From: Candidatus Hydrogenedentota bacterium | GTDB lineage: Bacteria > Hydrogenedentota > Hydrogenedentia > Hydrogenedentales > SLHB01 | Direction: 5' to 3' | Assembly (NCBI GenBank): GCA_016215105.1 | Contig: JACRLJ010000052.1 | Coordinates: forward strand, 3,847 to 67,846 | Length of the DNA stretch: 64,000 nt | Shown here: positions 59,209 through 64,000 of the stretch, one piece after another | Position numbering within the stretch: the first letter of the stretch is position 1 | Layout: every line of letters starts with the position of its first letter | Made by a program: the position numbers and the translations under genes | Notes under the pieces: model-generated | Told to the model about the DNA's origin: nothing | Seen by the model: only the letters and a program-made list of their open reading frames with translations | The model's database searches: none

Positions 59209-61578
59209 TTAGGCGGCTTTCTGGTAAAGGGCGGTTTCAAGCTCGCGAACGGCGGCGAGGTACTCTTGCTTGCCGCCGAAGATGCTGATGATTTCAACCG
59301 GTGTACCGAACGCGGTGAGCGGGTCCACCTTGAGGATTTCGAGGGACTCGACGCTCTTGATACCGCTGTCGGCGTACTTCTGGAGCAGGGCGTCAAGCAC
59401 GGCGCGGGCCGCGTCGCCATACTTGCCGAAGATGTTGCGCTTCTTCACGCGCTCCGCGCGTTCTTTCCGGGTCAGCGGCGGTTGGTCGAAGGCGACATGG
59501 CAAATAAGGTCGAAGGCATCGTAGTCGCGCCCCACCTGCTCGGCCAGTTCGTCGAGGAACACCCCCTTGGCCGCCAGTTCGTCCAAGATGGCCTGTTTCC
59601 TCTCCGCGTCGTTCCAGACCGTGAGGAACTCGTCCAGTGAGGCAAAGGCGCCGAGAACGGTTTTTCGGGAATAGTCCTTGAGGGACTCCGTGATGAGCTT
59701 CCCGTTCTCGTCCATGTACTGAACGCGCTCGGTGACCACGAAGACGTTTACGTCGTTCACCACGTACTTGGTTGGGCGGGAGCCCGGAGTCCCACCGTCA
59801 ATAGGCGGGTCGTAATCGATAATGACATCAACGGGCGGCTCGTCGTCGCGTCCCTCGGGCGGTTCATCCGGAGGGACTGGCGTCTCCTCGGGGCCTGGCT
59901 CGTAAATCTGAACGGGGTCGCCGTCAAAGGCGGGGTCCGCGAATAAGGCGGTGGCCCGCTTGAAGTCCATGATGGTGAAGAAGAACTTGTTGTAGTCCTC
60001 GTTGATGCGGGTGCCCCGGCCAATGATCTGCTTGAACTCCGTCATAGAGTTGATGCGCTTGTCCAGAACAATCAAGTGGCAGGTCTGCGCATCGACCCCG
60101 GTAGACATCAACTGCGAGGTCGTGGCGATGACCGGGTAGGTGGATTCCGGGTCAATGAAGTTGTCGAGTTGGGCCTTGCCTTCCTCGTTGTCGCCGGTGA
60201 TGCGCATGATGTACTTGTTGTTAGCGGCGGCGAGGTCGGGGTTAGCGTTGACCATGGCCTGGCGCATGCGCTCCGCGTGGTCAATGTTCTCGCAGAAGAT
60301 TATGGTCTTGGCGTAGCGGTCCGTGGCCATGAGGAACTCGGTGACCTTGGCCGCGACTAGTTCGGTGCGCTTTTCCAGGATCAGGTTCCTGTCGAAGTCC
60401 CGGTCGTTGTACTCGCGGTCCTCGATGACCTGGCCATATTTGTCCACTTGTCCCGCGTCCGGACGCCAGCCGTCCAGATCCTTGTCCAGCCCGATACGGA
60501 CGACCTTGTAGGGTGCGAGGAAGCCGTCGGAGATGCCCTGCCGCAAGGAGTAGGTGTAGAGCGGGTCGCCGAAATACTCGATGTTCGATACGTCCTTGGT
60601 TTCCTTGGGCGTGGCAGTGAGGCCAATTTGCGTGGCGGAGGAGAAGTATTCGAGAATTTTGCGCCAGTTTGCGTCGGCGGCGGCGCTACCGCGATGGCAC
60701 TCGTCGATGATGACCAGATCAAAAAAGTCCGGCGAGAACTGCTTGTAGATGTTCTGCTCTTCCTCGACGCCAGTCACGGCTTGGTAGAGGCAGAGGTAGA
60801 TCTCGAAGGCTTTATCCACGGTACGGTTGGTGATCTTGGTCATCGCCTTGCCGAAAGGTTTGAAATCGTTGGTCTTGGTCTGGTCGGCGAGGATGTTCCG
60901 GTCAACGAGAAAGAGAATGCGTTTGTTGGCGCCCGACTTCCACAGCCGCCAAATAATCTGGAACGCGGTGTAGGTCTTGCCCGTTCCGGTGGCCATTACG
61001 AGGAGAATACGATTCTCGCCGCGCGCGATGGCCTCGACGGTGCGGTTGATGGCGATGAGCTGGTAGTACCGCGGCGTCTTGCCGGAGCCGTCGTCGTGGT
61101 AATCCTGCGTGGCTACCACGTCCTGGCTGGCGTTGAAGCCCTTGGCTGCCCGGTAGCGCGCCCAGAGGTCGTCCGGCGCCGGGAATTGGTCCAGAGGGAT
61201 TTCCTTCTCGACCGCGCCGCCGGTTCCAGTCCGGTCGTGTTCGAGGAAGGCGTCGCCGTTGGAACTGTACGCGAACGGAACATCCAGGATTTCGGCGTAT
61301 TCGAGGGCCTGTTGCATTCCCGCGCCGACGGTGTGGTTGTTGTCCTTGGCCTCCACGACGGCGATGGGGATGCCGGGCTTGTAGTAGAGGAGGTAGTCGG
61401 CTTTCTTGGCCTCACCGCGCTTCACCGACTTGCCGCGTACGATGACCCGGCCCTTGGTGAAGTAGACTTCCTCGCGCAACTGGGTCATCACGTTCCACTT
61501 GGAGCAGTCCGCGCCAACCAATGCAGGCGTGATGAACTTCGTGCGAATGTCGGTCTCGGTGAGTTCCTTCTTGTTCAT
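59209..61578 (-). CDS. hsdR: Type I restriction subunit R (EcoAI / type IB-like)
   Basis: MNKKELTETDIRTKFITPAL; ADY..VEAK; MATGTGKT; DECHR; QIIGRGTR; PPLTRKERA C-terminus. Confidence 0.97.
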   Translation of the reverse strand: MNKKELTETDIRTKFITPALVGADCSKWNVMTQLREEVYFTKGRVIVRGKSVKRGEAKKADYLLYYKPGIPIAVVEAKDNNHTVGAGMQQALEYAEILDVPFAYSSNGDAFLEHDRTGTGGAVEKEIPLDQFPAPDDLWARYRAAKGFNASQDVVATQDYHDDGSGKTPRYYQLIAINRTVEAIARGENRILLVMATGTGKTYTAFQIIWRLWKSGANKRILFLVDRNILADQTKTNDFKPFGKAMTKITNRTVDKAFEIYLCLYQAVTGVEEEQNIYKQFSPDFFDLVIIDECHRGSAAADANWRKILEYFSSATQIGLTATPKETKDVSNIEYFGDPLYTYSLRQGISDGFLAPYKVVRIGLDKDLDGWRPDAGQVDKYGQVIEDREYNDRDFDRNLILEKRTELVAAKVTEFLMATDRYAKTIIFCENIDHAERMRQAMVNANPDLAAANNKYIMRITGDNEEGKAQLDNFIDPESTYPVIATTSQLMSTGVDAQTCHLIVLDKRINSMTEFKQIIGRGTRINEDYNKFFFTIMDFKRATALFADPAFDGDPVQIYEPGPEETPVPPDEPPEGRDDEPPVDVIIDYDPPIDGGTPGSRPTKYVVNDVNVFVVTERVQYMDENGKLITESLKDYSRKTVLGAFASLDEFLTVWNDAERKQAILDELAAKGVFLDELAEQVGRDYDAFDLICHVAFDQPPLTRKERAERVKKRNIFGKYGDAARAVLDALLQKYADSGIKSVESLEILKVDPLTAFGTPVEIISIFGGKQEYLAAVRELETALYQKAA

Positions 61579-62335
61579 GCCACCCCTTCCGTGAATGTCC
61601 ATAATGCCCGTTATGGTCAGGGAGCACACGGTATCGTAAACGACGACAAGAGATCAACGCCGCATCCCGAGTTACACGGCGAAAAATTTTGAGAGCGGGT
61701 TGCCGGATCATACCGGCGGGCGGCGCGATCCCCCTTCGGGGGGCCTCCTTGTCCCCGATGGTCGATGCCGCGGACTGCGGGTGGAGCGACGCCGTGGCCA
61801 GGCCCGGTCGAGGGAGTCGATAGCATGGAGGACTTGCACATGGTGGAGGGCGAGAGGCTTACTCGTGGGCATCAAGACTGTCCTGACCGTGCGGAACGGC
61901 GCCAGCTATGCCCTTATCTCCGTCAGGAAGGCGCCTACGCGGCCCGTCACGGCGCGAACAGCGCCTCAGTCGAGGAAAGGGATTCGGAATTGCCTCGGGC
62001 ATTCTGGCGCGCCGGCTGCCTGGACACGCCCTTTGACGCTCCCACCAGATTGGTCTGTACTGGTTTCGGGAGTCTCCGAGTTAACCGGAGATTCTACGCC
62101 CAAATCGGTCGTAAGCTGAGTCACGCCATCGCGCGTGGTCGTTTCGGACGTTGTCGCGGGAGCCGATTCGGACGCTTTTTCTTCCGCATCGTTACCGCCG
62201 CGAGTTCTTTGCGGCCCGTCCTGAGTTCCTCAAGGTAGAACGTTTCCCCTGATATTCCTGCACGCCCGCGCAAGTTTGCGTTGCGCTCGACCTTCCGCCA
62301 CCGCCACACCCAAAAACCACGAAATCGACACGCGC

Positions 62336-62354
62336 TGGTCACAATGTGGTCACA
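62336..62354 (+). promoter_or_regulatory. Putative arm-type integrase binding sites near the right att
   Basis: TGGTCACA at 62336 and 62347, same 11-bp spacing as the left end. Confidence 0.7.
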
Positions 62355-62423
62355 AGTGTCTACAGAAATAGTAAAGGCCAACGGTAAGCTTTTCGCTAGT
62401 CCATTGGCCTATAAGTGCTTACG

Positions 62424-62499
62424 TGGTGGAGGTGAGGGGGATCGAACCCCTGACCTCTGCATTGCGAACGCAGCGCTCTCCCAGCTGAGCTACACCCCC
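62424..62499 (-). tRNA. tRNA-Ala (anticodon CGC)
   Basis: GGGGGTGTAGCTCAGCTGGGAGAGCGCTGCGTTCGCAATGCAGAGGTCAGGGGTTCGATCCCCCTCACCTCCACCA, 76 nt, G3:U70 pair, CCA end. Confidence 0.98.
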
Positions 62500-62544
62500 A
62501 CGCAAGAGAAATTGGGCGTGAATGACATTCCGTCAGACAATCAA

Positions 62545-62574
62545 ATAGTACCAAAGGGGTTTCTGGTAAGTCAA
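62545..62574 (-). promoter_or_regulatory. tRNA promoter
   Basis: TTGACT-18nt-TACTAT on the minus strand. Confidence 0.55.
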
Positions 62575-62734
62575 ATCCTTGTGCGCCTGCCTCCACAATC
62601 GCGTCACATTTTGCGCCGGTCAACGCTCGTGCGTGTGGCGCACTCCCATCTCCGTCAACCGTTGTGCTCGGCTTTGCGAGAGCTTTGGCGGCAGTCGGAC
62701 TTCCTCGTCAACCGGAAATAATAAATTCGTTGCC

Positions 62735-62765
62735 TGTTGACGTGGTGTCAACATTTTTCTATACT
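62735..62765 (+). promoter_or_regulatory. Sigma-70 promoter with an inverted repeat over the -35 box
   Basis: TTGACG-17nt-TATACT; TGTTGAC-N5-GTCAACA. Confidence 0.6.
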
Positions 62766-62802
62766 GACCGAGTGAAGTGTCTACGTCGATGGGTGGAGCA
62801 TT

Positions 62803-63300
62803 ATGACCGCGCAACTAAGAGCAAAACAGGAACGAGTCATCGAGGCGGTTCGCCGGGGTCTGGATGGCGAAGGAGCGATCGGGTTCATACGCGAAAGCGG
62901 CTACGCGACGACTGCGGCGGGCATAGCCCGTCATTTGCGGAGCATGGGAGGACGAGGCAAGGTGCTCGAGTTCATTGAGCAAGGGCTTTCTAACGCGCAA
63001 GTTTTGTTGAGATGCTTTCCCGACGCCGATCTCAGCGCCCTGCCGAAGGAGCCGCCAAGCCAGGGCGAACTGTTCGGATTTGATCGTTCGACGGTGCGCC
63101 TGGTGGATCTGGACACGGCAGATTCGCCCGTGTACGACACGACGAAGATATCGGTGCGTCTGCCAAATGATCTATGTGAAGCAATTCGTCTCGCGGCGAA
63201 AGCCGAAGGCACGACACAGAGTCAACTGATCACGGAGATTCTAACCACAGCGCTCTCACGCAGTCCGGAAATGTTCCCGCGCGAGCCCGAATCCGCATAG
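62803..63300 (+). CDS. Hypothetical protein with C-terminal ribbon-helix-helix (CopG-like) domain
   Basis: TKISVRLPNDLCEAIRLAAKAEGTTQSQLITEIL. Confidence 0.65.
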   Translation: MTAQLRAKQERVIEAVRRGLDGEGAIGFIRESGYATTAAGIARHLRSMGGRGKVLEFIEQGLSNAQVLLRCFPDADLSALPKEPPSQGELFGFDRSTVRLVDLDTADSPVYDTTKISVRLPNDLCEAIRLAAKAEGTTQSQLITEILTTALSRSPEMFPREPESA

Positions 63301-63365
63301 GGGGAAACCGGCCGGCTCGTTAGTATCGCCAAGCCTTCACGCGCTTCGCCGGTCGCTTCAAACGG

Positions 63366-64000
63366 TCAGTGCGCCACTGCGCCGTTCTTCCAAACGGTAG
63401 GAAAAAATTCGCCTTCGAGTATTTCACCGGGTTTGACGCTAACCCGCTTTTCCATCACGTGACCGTTGACGGGTTCGTAGCGGGTGTATCCGGGCATATA
63501 GTGGACGGCGATTGCGGGACGTCCCCGGTCGGACGTGTTGCAGGGGCTGCCATGCCACGTCAGGCAGTGATGAAACATGACATGTCCTTTGGGCACTTCG
63601 CACGGTACGATTTTGATTACGACGCCTTTCGGCAGAACTTCGAGGTCCGGAGTCGGTTCGAACGTATCGTCGCTCGTTCCGATTGTGCCCCCTTTGTGGG
63701 GCCCCCAGTGGTGACTTAAGGGGACCATGCGCATGCAGCCGTTGGCGATGGTCGCATCATCGAGAGCAGTCCACGCCGAGACCAGATCGGCGGGCTGAAT
63801 GATAGGCCAGTAGGGGTGATCTTGATGCCAATTGGTAGGGCCGCCGATGCGCGGAGGCTTGTATTGGATCTGGTCGTGCCACACGCGGATTACAGGATCG
63901 CCGATCAACTGAGCCGTCATAGCGCAGATCGCTTTGTTGTAGATGTGTTCGCGGAACAGGTCGTCCGATTCCCATATGTTTACAACTTGATTCACAACTT
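63366..64000 (-). CDS. Phytanoyl-CoA dioxygenase (PhyH) family Fe/2OG enzyme, 5' end beyond the window
   Basis: WHQDHPYW (HxD), SAWTALDDATIANGCM, HHCLTWHGS..N..R. Confidence 0.9.
   Translation of the reverse strand, partial: VVNQVVNIWESDDLFREHIYNKAICAMTAQLIGDPVIRVWHDQIQYKPPRIGGPTNWHQDHPYWPIIQPADLVSAWTALDDATIANGCMRMVPLSHHWGPHKGGTIGTSDDTFEPTPDLEVLPKGVVIKIVPCEVPKGHVMFHHCLTWHGSPCNTSDRGRPAIAVHYMPGYTRYEPVNGHVMEKRVSVKPGEILEGEFFPTVWKNGAVAH

Larger units (their letters stand above)
47285..62468. mobile_element. ~15.1 kb integrated phage-satellite-like (PICI/P4-like) island at tRNA-Ala
   Basis: Flanked by 47-bp direct repeats; integrase, excisionase, primase-helicase, origin-like IR and defence cargo; no capsid or tail genes. 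Confidence 0.88.

Noticed and set aside
60448-61692. 414-aa plus-strand ORF
   Set aside because: Antisense shadow of hsdR, typical of GC-rich codon usage
47285-62468. Full prophage or ICE
   Set aside because: No capsid, portal, tail, lysis, relaxase or T4SS genes recognised
1-64000. CRISPR array, rRNA, IS transposase, reverse transcriptase/DGR
   Set aside because: No regularly spaced repeats or matching motifs seen; the 18875/21314 duplicate differs at mixed bases rather than being adenine-specific, and no RT gene is present

Overview
GC-rich bacterial chromosome segment. Three DUF1559/prepilin (N-terminal methylation plus H-X9-DG) paralogues of the [22 protein letters not shown] ... EGIERFxITDINN type and a C-terminal dockerin-like repeat suggest Candidatus Hydrogenedentes (inference). 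Positions 1-47 kb hold carbohydrate and envelope genes: an ECF sigma factor, a GntR/LacI regulator, glycosidases, two sulfatases, three DUF1559 pilin-like genes (two followed by an ankyrin lipoprotein), a BlaI/BlaR1-like module with Ig-like sensor domains, a six-gene CsgG/FlgT/LPP20-like secreted-protein operon facing a Ser/Thr kinase, and a beta-propeller sensor kinase with a sigma-54 activator. Positions 47285-62468 are a ~15.1 kb phage-satellite-like island integrated in tRNA-Ala(CGC) with 47-bp att repeats. It carries integrase, excisionase, primase-helicase and an iteron-like origin, plus defence-type cargo: an EcoAI-like type I RM system, a HEPN-like gene coupled to hsdS, and an uncharacterised partner+PIN nuclease pair. 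Also seen: a duplication that made a chimeric pseudogene, a 120-bp dispersed MITE-like repeat, and several frameshifts or small deletions that may be sequencing or assembly artefacts. No CRISPR array or rRNA. All domain calls are from motif recognition by eye; no searches were run.
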